64,000 bases of DNA, taken from Calditrichia bacterium (GTDB lineage: Bacteria; Calditrichota; Calditrichia; JAJRVZ01). The notes below the pieces were generated by a model. That model ran no database searches. It saw nothing but the letters and a program-made list of their open reading frames with translations, and had not been told where the DNA came from. The first letter of the stretch is position 1, and the number at the start of each line of letters is the position of its first letter. This document shows positions 55,230 to 64,000 of this stretch, in pieces. A program made the translations under genes and the position numbers. The stretch spans positions 320,001 through 384,000 of the forward strand of contig CAWCNS010000006.1 in assembly GCA_963796965.1 (NCBI GenBank), written 5' to 3'.

Positions 55230-55470
55230 ATGATTTTATTCTCTTAAATATATGTAATCTTATATAGTTGTATATATTATCCCTGTGAATATGTGAATAA
55301 CTCTAAAGAAGCCTCAAATATAAGAAATTAGATACTTACTTTATTATAAAATAATGTTAATATCCGTTAATATTGTCTAATAAGTAGCGATAAAAAAATA
55401 AAAATATTTATTATTTGTATAAAAACAACCAGATTTGAACAGGTTATTAACAGCTATTGTGAATAAATAT
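55230..55470. promoter_or_regulatory. Putative oriC segment upstream of dnaN (DnaA boxes and AT-rich unwinding region)
   Basis: TGTGAATAA (=TTATTCACA) at 55292-55300 and 55458-55466; overlapping TGTGAATAT at 55284-55292; TTATTAACA at 55444-55452; very AT-rich non-coding DNA. Confidence 0.7.
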
Positions 55471-55549
55471 TTTAATATATTCTAATTGTTAAATATAGGA
55501 ATAATAATATATAATATCTCGGGTAGATTGCATAAAAAGTAGATTTATT

Positions 55550-56563
55550 TTATTTGAATAGTTGCCTGCAAACAGCAAGTATTTTATTTGTAGATGGTAA
55601 TACTTTTTTTTCCATTTCATGTGAATAAGGGATAGTTTTTTCTGTACATATACGAGAATAAGTAACGTTGGATAATCCTGATTCCAAAATTACAGCGGCT
55701 ATTTCTCCAGAGAGACCAAATTCCTTATAATCTTCATCTACTACAACAAGTTTTTTAGATATCTTAACTGATTCATAAATAGTATTTTTATCAAGAGGTG
55801 AGACTGATCTGAGATCAACGATTGTAGAATTAATCCCGTCTTTTTTTAAAATAGATGCAGCATCTACACAATGATGTACACCTACTCCTACGCTGATAAA
55901 AGTTAAATCATTACCATCACCAATTATACGAGCTTTACCAAGAGGAATAGGTTTCCAAACATCAGGTACAGGGCCTTTAAAACCTTCTGTAGGAATCTCA
56001 AATTTAACTGTATTTCTTCCTCCAATACCCATATAATCAAGCCAATAATCGGCTAACAATTTGTGTTCTAAAAATATTACCGGAGTATCATTCAAAATTG
56101 AGGACATAAAAAGACCTCCAGCATCAGCGGGTGTAGATGGTACCACGACACTAAGTCCTGGAATATGAGATAACCATCCCCATAGAGATTGTTGATGTTG
56201 ACCACCATCTCCATAACCTCCACCACAAGCAGCACGAACAACCAATGGAACGTTCCATTTTCCTCCGGAAAAAGTTTCTATTTTTGCTGCATGATTAATT
56301 AATGGATCCATAGCCACCGTAATAAAATCTACCAGCATTACTTCTACTATTGGACGTAATCCGGACATAGCAGCAGAAACAGCAGCGCCCACAAAAGCAC
56401 TTTCACTAATTGGAGTTGATCTCACTCGCTCACGCCCAAAACGCGTGAATAAATTTAATCGGATTGAATGTACATCTTCTCCGAGTATGATAATTCTTTC
56501 ATCATCAGCCATCATTAAAGCAAGCACATCTTCGATGGCTTCAGCAAAGGTCATTTTTTTCAT
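55550..56563 (-). CDS. TPP-dependent 2-oxoacid/acetoin dehydrogenase E1 beta subunit
   Basis: LGEDV, STPISE, GLRPIVE, HQQSL, PSTPADA, VDLRSVSPLD. Confidence 0.9.
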   Translation of the reverse strand: MKKMTFAEAIEDVLALMMADDERIIILGEDVHSIRLNLFTRFGRERVRSTPISESAFVGAAVSAAMSGLRPIVEVMLVDFITVAMDPLINHAAKIETFSGGKWNVPLVVRAACGGGYGDGGQHQQSLWGWLSHIPGLSVVVPSTPADAGGLFMSSILNDTPVIFLEHKLLADYWLDYMGIGGRNTVKFEIPTEGFKGPVPDVWKPIPLGKARIIGDGNDLTFISVGVGVHHCVDAASILKKDGINSTIVDLRSVSPLDKNTIYESVKISKKLVVVDEDYKEFGLSGEIAAVILESGLSNVTYSRICTEKTIPYSHEMEKKVLPSTNKILAVCRQLFK

Positions 56564-56569
56564 ATTCTT

Positions 56570-57592
56570 TTAATATTCTGCTTTTATGGAATTCTCGACA
56601 ATAACTTCTATTTCATTTTTAATACTCTTTTCCAATTTAAAAAGTTTGTCTTGATTATCTAATAATCTTTTACGCATGATAACAAGCGGATCCTTTTTCT
56701 GTGATAATTCTTCTTTAAGTGTTGTGCCAATGACAGAGTAAATCTCTTCAAGACTCTTTGCTCTTTCCCTTACAGTCGTTCCTATTCTTTTAGTCAAAGA
56801 TTTTACAAGTGGGAAGACCCGGCCTAAATTTTCTTTTATGGGATGTCGAAATTGTCTTAAAATCGGATCACCCAAAAAATGTCCCTCAAAATGAACACAA
56901 TGGGCATGCAAAAAATAAGGGCCTTCTCCATTCCGTAATTTATCAAGTATTGTTTTTACATGTTCCCATATGAGTTCTACATCTGTACCATCAATTTCTT
57001 CAGAAGGCATGCCAAAACTGGCAGCACGCGATGAAATATTACCACCCGTTACATGTGTAGATTTTGTAGTAATTGCCATATCATTATCTTTACAAATGAA
57101 CAATATAGGTAGTTTCCAGATGACGGCGAGATTTAAGGCTTCCATAAACATACCCTGATTCACAGCACCTTCACCAAAAAAACAGAGAACAATGGAGTTT
57201 GATTTTTTCTGAAGTATTGAGAGAGCAAAACCAATAGCTGTAGGTCCTGAAGCTCCTACTATTCCGGATGAAGCTGCCAATAGATCTTGTGAGAAAAGAT
57301 GCATATGTCCACCCATTCCTCTGCAAAGACCACCTGAATATCCTAAAAATTCTTTCATTAATTCAATTGGATCACAACCCCGAATTAGTAGTGGAGAAGT
57401 TCCCCGATGATCCAATGAGAGTGCATCTCCATCCCTGAGTTGAGACACAATGCCGGCAGAAATTGCTTCTTCACCTATTCCCAGGTGCATTTCACCATAT
57501 ATTTTACCGTCGTTCCAAAATTGCATCACCGCTTCTTCATATAAACGGCTAAAGTACATGAGACGGTAAAGTTGCCATTTATCTACTATCAT
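56570..57592 (-). CDS. TPP-dependent 2-oxoacid/acetoin dehydrogenase E1 alpha subunit
   Basis: HLGIGEEA, DHRG, GMGGHMH; TPP motif GEGAVNQG..EALNLA..WKLP.LFICKDN; FEGH..GD. Confidence 0.9.
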   Translation of the reverse strand: MIVDKWQLYRLMYFSRLYEEAVMQFWNDGKIYGEMHLGIGEEAISAGIVSQLRDGDALSLDHRGTSPLLIRGCDPIELMKEFLGYSGGLCRGMGGHMHLFSQDLLAASSGIVGASGPTAIGFALSILQKKSNSIVLCFFGEGAVNQGMFMEALNLAVIWKLPILFICKDNDMAITTKSTHVTGGNISSRAASFGMPSEEIDGTDVELIWEHVKTILDKLRNGEGPYFLHAHCVHFEGHFLGDPILRQFRHPIKENLGRVFPLVKSLTKRIGTTVRERAKSLEEIYSVIGTTLKEELSQKKDPLVIMRKRLLDNQDKLFKLEKSIKNEIEVIVENSIKAEY

Positions 57593-57595
57593 GGA

Positions 57596-58117
57596 TTATC
57601 TTCTTTCCGGTTTCGTGGCTATTATTTGAACGACCGATCCTTCTTCTACATGTAACAGGTCCTCATATATATCCCTTACTGTTTCAACAGCATGGGTGAA
57701 AATTAATCCACATAGTTCCTTTGTCAAAGATTTCAGGTCATATAGCAAATCCGGATCTTTGGGTCCACCGGTATTATATTTTAGTTGAAGGGGAGTATAA
57801 GCTTCTAAAAGAAAAGTTCCGCCAGGTTTAAGACCCCTTACAACTTTTTGATGAAGTTGATATCGAATATCCCCTGGTAAATGACATAAGATACTGATAA
57901 TTGTATCCCATTCCTCGCTTTTTATGTCAAACACGGCGAGGACTTTATGACCCAGGGAAGCCAGATAGGTAGCATTCCATCCTTCCTCTTCTGCTAAACA
58001 GAGTACTTTTCCAGGCGAGAAACTATCCACATTTTCTAAAAGAAAATCATTTGGTTTTTTTCCATAAACATATTCTTTATTACTATATCTCTGATTCCAC
58101 ATTTCTGCATTATTCAT
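57596..58117 (-). pseudogene. Class I SAM-dependent methyltransferase (TehB-like), probably decayed
   Basis: WNQRYS..YVYG..PN.FL and LKPGG.FLLEAY..Q...TGGP are present. Motif I reads CLAEEEGWNA (usually AEGEGRNA), and the segment normally between VLAV and FDI appears deleted in frame. Confidence 0.6.
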
Positions 58118-58306
58118 TTGTGTTCCATAGTATCTATTTTTATAATTTGTATTGCTTTAACCATATGTTTTCAAAACTATAATTATTGTTAATGTATAAA
58201 CATAAGGATATGACAAATAATTATATAATTAAAACAGTAATAATTTAGAAAATAATTCCGGATAGCCATATGTCCTTATTCTTCAATTGAATATATTTAA
58301 AAGAGT

Positions 58307-58323
58307 TGTGTATAATTGAATAA
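58307..58323. promoter_or_regulatory. DnaA box pair upstream of rpmH
   Basis: TGTGTATAA (=TTATACACA, consensus TTATNCACA) immediately followed by a degenerate TTGAATAA. Confidence 0.55.
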
Positions 58324-58392
58324 CTAAATTTATAGAGTTTAATATAGTAGAGTTAGATAAAAAGGAATAGTAATAATAATATAAAAAGTGCC

Positions 58393-58421
58393 TTGATTCT
58401 TGCCCACCAATGTTGTAAAAT
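58393..58421 (+). promoter_or_regulatory. Putative sigma70 promoter of the rpmH operon
   Basis: TTGATT-N17-TAAAAT about 50 bp upstream of rpmH. Confidence 0.5.
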
Positions 58422-58471
58422 TATAAGTTTCGCTTAGAATAATTATAAATACTTAGTAAGGAAATAGAAAA

Positions 58472-58630
58472 ATGAAAAGAACATATCAGCCAAGTAACCG
58501 CAAAAGAAAAAATAAACATGGCTTCCGTGAAAGAATGAGTTCTCAGAGTGGAAGGGCTGTTTTGGCAAGAAGAAGAGCAAAAGGTAGAAAAAAACTGACC
58601 GTGAGTGATGAATACATCCGTTCTGCCTAA
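58472..58630 (+). CDS. rpmH: 50S ribosomal protein L34
   Basis: Manual translation [52 protein letters not shown] (52 aa; below the ORF-track cutoff). Confidence 0.97.
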   Translation: MKRTYQPSNRKRKNKHGFRERMSSQSGRAVLARRRAKGRKKLTVSDEYIRSA

Positions 58631-58946
58631 AATTGTATCTATAAAAAAAAATGCTGAAATAAAAGATCTCTTTGCAAAATCAAAAAAAATCCATACACGC
58701 TATGGATTATTTTTTCTTAGCAAAGAACATCTTTCTGATCAGATTGGTTTTGCCGTTCTAATAAAGAAAAGTGTCGGTAACGCCGTCAGGCGTAATTATT
58801 ATAAACGAATTGTCAGATCTTATTTTCGTAATAATCTAAAATTATTTGTCAATTACGGCAAAGTTTTATTTTTATTCAATTATGAGGGAAAAATTAACTT
58901 TCAAGATCTGAAAGAGGAATTTGATAACCAATTAAATATAATATGA
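58605..58946 (+). CDS. rnpA: Ribonuclease P protein component
   Basis: [14 protein letters not shown] (RNR motif variant); position between rpmH and yidD. Confidence 0.88.
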   Translation: MMNTSVLPKIVSIKKNAEIKDLFAKSKKIHTRYGLFFLSKEHLSDQIGFAVLIKKSVGNAVRRNYYKRIVRSYFRNNLKLFVNYGKVLFLFNYEGKINFQDLKEEFDNQLNII

Positions 58947-59155
58947 AAACAATATTATTATTGTTGATAAAACTGTACAAAAGCCTGATATCTCCTTTAT
59001 TCCCCCCTCATTGCCGGTTTTATCCCACTTGCTCAGAATATAGTTATCAATCTATTCAGCACCATGGTGTGTTTAAAGGAATGTGGTACAGTCTGGTGCG
59101 TATAAGCAAATGTCATCCTTTACATGAAGGTGGCTTTGATCCGGTAAAAAAATAA
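58943..59155 (+). CDS. yidD: Membrane protein insertion efficiency factor YidD
   Basis: [18 protein letters not shown]...[13 protein letters not shown]. Confidence 0.95.
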   Translation: MKTILLLLIKLYKSLISPLFPPHCRFYPTCSEYSYQSIQHHGVFKGMWYSLVRISKCHPLHEGGFDPVKK

Positions 59156-59183
59156 ATTTCAATACAGGAATAGTAAATTAATT

Positions 59184-60936
59184 ATGGATAAAAAATCCCT
59201 ATTAGCAATCGGTATAATAACTGTGGTTATTCTTTTATTACCATCGTATTATGATCTTATTTACGATGAACCAGCCACAGAAAGAATCGTCCAACCCCAG
59301 ATGCCAGTAACGGATCAACCAGTACAGAAAACCACACCGGCTATAAAAGAAAAACCAATCCCTCTTCCGGTTGAAACAAAGACGGAAGAAATCTCTATCA
59401 CAGAATCTTCATTACCAAAATCAGATTTAATTATTGAAGCGCAGGATGTGATTATAACGGAAATTATAACACCCCTGGTTTCTACAAAGATATCCAACCA
59501 GGGAGGGGGAACCTTTGAGTACTGGTATCTGAATGAATATGATACCTGGATGGATACACCAGCAAGAATTGTTGACCCATCATTCAAGAATGGCCCCATG
59601 ATGAGCTTTATAACAAAGAGTGGAGAACGGGTAGATTTAAATGATTATCGTTTTGAAATTGTAGGAACTGTTCCAGGTGAGATTCAATTGGGTGCAGAAG
59701 AATCCTTCACGATTCATTATGAATTAAAAGCAGCAAACACGACAGTAAAAAAGGATATAACTTTTTATGGTAATACTTACCATATTGACTTAAAACTTGA
59801 TATCGTTAATGCGCGAGATCTTCTTCTTAATGATGATTATGAAATCGGCTGGCAGAATGGTTTGCCCTCTAACGAGAAAAATGTGTCTGAGGATTATACA
59901 TACAGTGAAACATATGCCAGTATGGGGGGAGAACTTGAAGGGTTTGAAATAGATTCCGAAGAACGTGTTCGTCCGGTGCCAATGAATGGAACGACCGAAT
60001 GGATTGCCACGCGAACAAAATATTTCCTGGCAGCCATTATTCCTGAACAGGCAAAAACAATTGGTGCTATTTTTGGTGGAGAAGGTGTAAAGGCTGGTGA
60101 AATAATTGAAAGACGTTATGATACATCTTTGATAAGTGCTGTAAGCAATAATAGCATTGAAGATTCATATAAAATATATATGGGCCCGATGGAATACTCA
60201 ATTTTATCTGAGTATAATAATGGTCTTGATGATTTGATTATGAATCATGGTTGGTATGAAACCACCTTCAGGCCGATAAGTTTACTTATACTCAGAGTTT
60301 TTAAATTTTTTCAACTATTTATTCCCAATTACGGCGTCGTGATAATTATTTTTTCGGTATTGGTAAAAATTCTTGTTTATCCACTAACCAAGAAAAGCTA
60401 TAAATCAATGAAGGAGATGAGCCGTGTTCAGCCGTTGTTGGCGGAAATAAAAGAAAAGTATAAAAGTGATCCACAGCGCATGAACAAGGAAACAATGAAG
60501 ACTTTATAAAGAGCATGGTATCAATCCTATGGGTGGATGCATGCCGATGCTTCTGCAGTTGCCTTTATTGGGTGCATTATTTATTGTTTTCCGCTCAACT
60601 ATTCAACTAAGAGGGGCATCTTTTATTCCTGGATGGATTGACGACCTTTCCAGCGCAGATACCATTTTTACTTTACCGTTTTCGTTGCCTATGTATGGGG
60701 ACACATTCAACATATTGCCAATCTTGATGGCTGGAACAATGATTTTTCAATCCAAAATGACTATGCAAGATCCAAAACAAAAGGCAATGGTTTACCTTAT
60801 GCCCATCTTTATGCTATTAATATTCAACCAATTTCCCTCCGGATTAAATCTATACTATACGATGTTTAATCTTTTAACAATTTTACAACAGAAATTTATC
60901 GACACGGACAAAAAAGCTGTAGTACAAAAAAAATAA
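59184..60936 (+). CDS. yidC: Membrane protein insertase YidC; frameshift near 60500
   Basis: Large periplasmic domain; NYGVVII; SMKEMSRVQP; then (LYKEHGINP)MGGCMPMLLQLP, WIDDLS and GLNLY in the next frame. Confidence 0.93.
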
Positions 60937-60988
60937 ATGTGTCGGGCATCGTAAAATAGATCTATGGGCTCCCCACGGGAGCTTTTAT

Positions 60989-62377
60989 ATGAAGAAGACA
61001 ACTGATTTTTCGAGAACCATTATTGCTTTAGCCACGTCCCTGGGATCAGGCAGTATAGCTGTCATCCGAGTTAGCGGACCCGAAGCTATCTCCATCACAA
61101 ACCGTATATTTATAGGTAAAAATTTAAAAGAAACTCAGGCTAATACTATCCAATTTGGAAAGATATCCAGTGCTGAAAAGGAAATTGATCAGGTTTTGGT
61201 TTCAGTCTTTCACGCACCACATTCTTATACCGGTGAAAACTATCTTGAAATTTCCTGCCATGGCAACCCTTTTATAGTAGATGATATAATGGGGGCTTTA
61301 CTTAGCGCCGGGGCAAGCTCGGCAGGTCCGGGTGAATTTACATTGAGATCTTTCTTAAATGGTAAAATAGATCTTTCTCAGGCAGAAGCTGTTTCAGCAA
61401 TTATTCAAGCCAAGTCCCGTGCAGGAATAAAAAACTCTCTGGAACAACTCAACGGAAAACTTGCAAAAGAGATAATAAACCAAAAAGAATTATTAATTGA
61501 TATTATAGGTCTTCTGGAAATTGATTTGGATTTTTCTGAGGATGATATAGACGTGATCAGTCGAAATGATATTATTCTCCGTCTGAACCAGGTCGATGAA
61601 CAATTAATCCACTTTGCCTCCAGTTATAATTATGCGAAGTTTTTAAATGATGGAATTGGATTAACTATTATTGGAGAACCTAATGTCGGGAAATCGACAT
61701 TATTAAATCAAATCTTGGGCGAGAATAGAGCAATAACAAGCCATATCCCAGGTACAACACGTGATACGATTCAGGAAACTATTGTTATTCGGGATATACT
61801 TTTCAGGCTTACTGATACCGCTGGGTTGCGTGATACAAAAAATTCAATTGAGAACGAAGGTATTAAAAGAACAAAAAAGCAAGTAAAACAATCAGATCTA
61901 ATTTTATTAACTGTTGATGCTAGCAAAGAAATATCCATGATTTCACAAACTCTTATCCGAGAGACTATTGATTTTATTAAAAGCCAAATTATTATTGTTG
62001 CCAATAAATCTGATATGGGAATCAAAAATAAATCTACAGATTTTTTAAGGTCTCTTGGCCTACCGATTATAGCCCTGTCAGCTAAGAACGGTAATGGTAT
62101 GCCAAATCTGATCGATGAAGTAATTAACCAGGTTTCCGGGGGATATGAAAAATATTCTGATGAGTTGATTATTACCACTCGGCGGCAAAAAGAAATATTA
62201 GAAAAGTCATCTAATCATATTAAACAAGCGGTGACCTTATTAGAAAGCAATGGCGGTTTTGAATTTGCTTCTGTAGATTTAAGACAGGCTTTGGATGAGT
62301 TGAGTGAGATAACTGGCGAGACAGCATCAGAAGATATTTTGAATAATATCTTTGCTAATTTCTGTATTGGTAAATGA
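60989..62377 (+). CDS. mnmE: tRNA modification GTPase MnmE (TrmE)
   Basis: IAVIRVSG, SYTGE, GEPNVGKS, GTTRD, DTAG, NKSD; C-terminal FCIGK. Confidence 0.97.
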   Translation: MKKTTDFSRTIIALATSLGSGSIAVIRVSGPEAISITNRIFIGKNLKETQANTIQFGKISSAEKEIDQVLVSVFHAPHSYTGENYLEISCHGNPFIVDDIMGALLSAGASSAGPGEFTLRSFLNGKIDLSQAEAVSAIIQAKSRAGIKNSLEQLNGKLAKEIINQKELLIDIIGLLEIDLDFSEDDIDVISRNDIILRLNQVDEQLIHFASSYNYAKFLNDGIGLTIIGEPNVGKSTLLNQILGENRAITSHIPGTTRDTIQETIVIRDILFRLTDTAGLRDTKNSIENEGIKRTKKQVKQSDLILLTVDASKEISMISQTLIRETIDFIKSQIIIVANKSDMGIKNKSTDFLRSLGLPIIALSAKNGNGMPNLIDEVINQVSGGYEKYSDELIITTRRQKEILEKSSNHIKQAVTLLESNGGFEFASVDLRQALDELSEITGETASEDILNNIFANFCIGK

Positions 62378-62479
62378 TATTTCTTTCGCGCAACATTTTA
62401 TTAGATAAAGAGTTTATGGTGCAAATCGTTCTTAATAAAAAATCTACTGATATAGTCAAACTTTAATCAGGTATTTGCA

Positions 62480-63638
62480 ATGCAACTTTTAGATTATTAT
62501 AAAAAAGTCAGAGATGATTCTATGGCTATGGTTAAGCCGCTTAAGGTTGAAGATTTTGTTCCACAGCCCTCATTTTTTGCGAGCCCTCCCAAATGGAACC
62601 TTGCGCATACCTCGTGGTTCTTTGAAGAACTTTTACTCAGCAGATTTAATACCCATTATAAAATCTATCATCCAAAATATAGTTATTTGTTTAATAGTTA
62701 TTACAATTCTTTGGGGGAGCGGGTTCAGAGGCACAGCAGGGGAGACCTAAGCCGTCCAACGGTAAAGGAAATATTTGAGTATAGGAACTATGTTGATAAA
62801 TATATGGAAGAATTTATTTCCACAAATGGTTTCTCGCAGGAGATAAAGGATCTTATTATATTAGGCCTTAACCATGAGCAGCAACACCAGGAATTATTTT
62901 TTACAGATCTGAAATATGCATTTAGTGTAAATCCATTGTTTCCTGCATATGCGGATCGGGCCTTTTGTGAGGAGACTGATTTTGGCGATGACAGTTACCT
63001 TTCGATCGAGGAAGGTTTATATACCATTGGGCACGGGGGCGATGGCTTTTATTTTGACAATGAAAAAAACAGGCATAAGGTTTTTCTACAACCTTATAAA
63101 ATAAGAAATAGCCTTGTTCGAAATGCAGAATTTCTGGACTTTATAGAAAACAATGGATATGAGCGTTTTGAGTTCTGGCATGATGAAGCTCTAGCCTGGA
63201 AAGAAGAAAACAACATCAAACATCCAATGTATTGGAAGAAGGATAATGGCACATGGTTTCAATATACATTAGCCGGCCTTCGAGAAATTAATCCTGATCA
63301 TATTCTCACACATGTAACTTTTTACGAGGCTGCCGCGTTTGCACAATGGAAAAAATTGCGTTTACCAACGGAATTTGAATGGGAAATCAGCTTCTGATAA
63401 AATCAAGTGGGGAAAAAGGTGGGAGTGGACTGAAAGCGCCTATTTGCCCTATCCGGGTTATCAAAAGGCCGACGGTGCCGTGGGTGAATATAATGGAAAG
63501 TTTATGATTAATCAGAAAGTGCTCAGAGGAGCTTCGGTTGTTACACCAGATGGCCATAGCAGGAAAACGTATCGTAACTTCTTTCATCCATCGGTCGGAT
63601 ATCAATTTAATGGTGTCCGCCTGGCTAAATCTGAATAA
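62480..63638 (+). CDS. egtB: Ergothioneine biosynthesis sulfoxide synthase EgtB; frameshift near 63388
   Basis: [21 protein letters not shown], iron-binding [16 protein letters not shown]; then [21 protein letters not shown] and YRNFF. Confidence 0.85.
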
Positions 63639-63655
63639 CCAGGGAGTTAATTCTT

Positions 63656-64000
63656 TTGTCTTCTAGTCTTGCAGATGACACACTTAGGGGTCTGTCTTCG
63701 AATCCAAAATATTTGTTACCAAAGTATTTTTATGACGATAGAGGAAGCCAGATATTTCAAGACATTATGAAAATGCCTGAGTATTATCTGACCAATTGTG
63801 AATTAGAAATATTTATAAATCAAAAAGATAAAATTGCTTGCGCCATATCAGAGCGCAATGCTGTTGTGGATATTATTGAGTTTGGATGTGGAGATGGATA
63901 TAAAACAAAAATTATATTAGAACATCTTTCCCAAAAGGAGATGCAATTTATTTTTATGCCCATCGATATAAGTGCCCATGCCTTAGATGTCCTGGTGGAA
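63656..64000 (+). CDS. egtD: L-histidine N-alpha-methyltransferase EgtD, 3' end runs off the window
   Basis: Manual translation from TTG after AGGGAG: ...GLSSNPKYLLPKYFYDDRGSQIFQDIMKMPEYYLTNCELEI...IEFGCGDGYKT...PIDIS. Confidence 0.88.
   Translation, partial: MSSSLADDTLRGLSSNPKYLLPKYFYDDRGSQIFQDIMKMPEYYLTNCELEIFINQKDKIACAISERNAVVDIIEFGCGDGYKTKIILEHLSQKEMQFIFMPIDISAHALDVLVE

Noticed and set aside
55171..58471. Cassette as an IS, integron or prophage insertion
   Set aside because: No transposase, integrase, terminal inverted repeats or flanking direct repeats could be seen.

Overview
A 64-kb, AT-rich bacterial chromosomal segment that appears to span the replication origin. Gene content and protein style suggest a diderm FCB-associated lineage such as Calditrichota or Ignavibacteriota (inference only). 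The right end carries the conserved origin block: rex-gyrA-gyrB-dciA-recF-dnaN on the minus strand, divergent from rpmH-rnpA-yidD-yidC-mnmE, followed by egtB-egtD. dnaA is missing from its usual slot between dnaN and rpmH. That slot instead holds a decayed methyltransferase and an orphan E1alpha/E1beta pair, while DnaA-box elements remain on both sides. The middle holds a self-contained sigma54-type two-component locus (kinase, secreted DxDGDG-repeat protein, beta-barrel, NtrC-type regulator, second DxDGDG paralog) with two sigma54-like promoters. It also holds a TetR-TolC-MFP-RND efflux operon with two visible operators, a large LVIVD/Ig-repeat surface protein, PolX-PHP, an ECF sigma/zinc anti-sigma pair and housekeeping genes. 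Several families of short palindromic REP/MITE-like elements sit between genes. About a dozen genes, including recF and yidC, are broken by small indels, most likely long-read sequencing errors rather than true pseudogenes. No rRNA, tRNA, CRISPR array, transposase or integrase was recognised.
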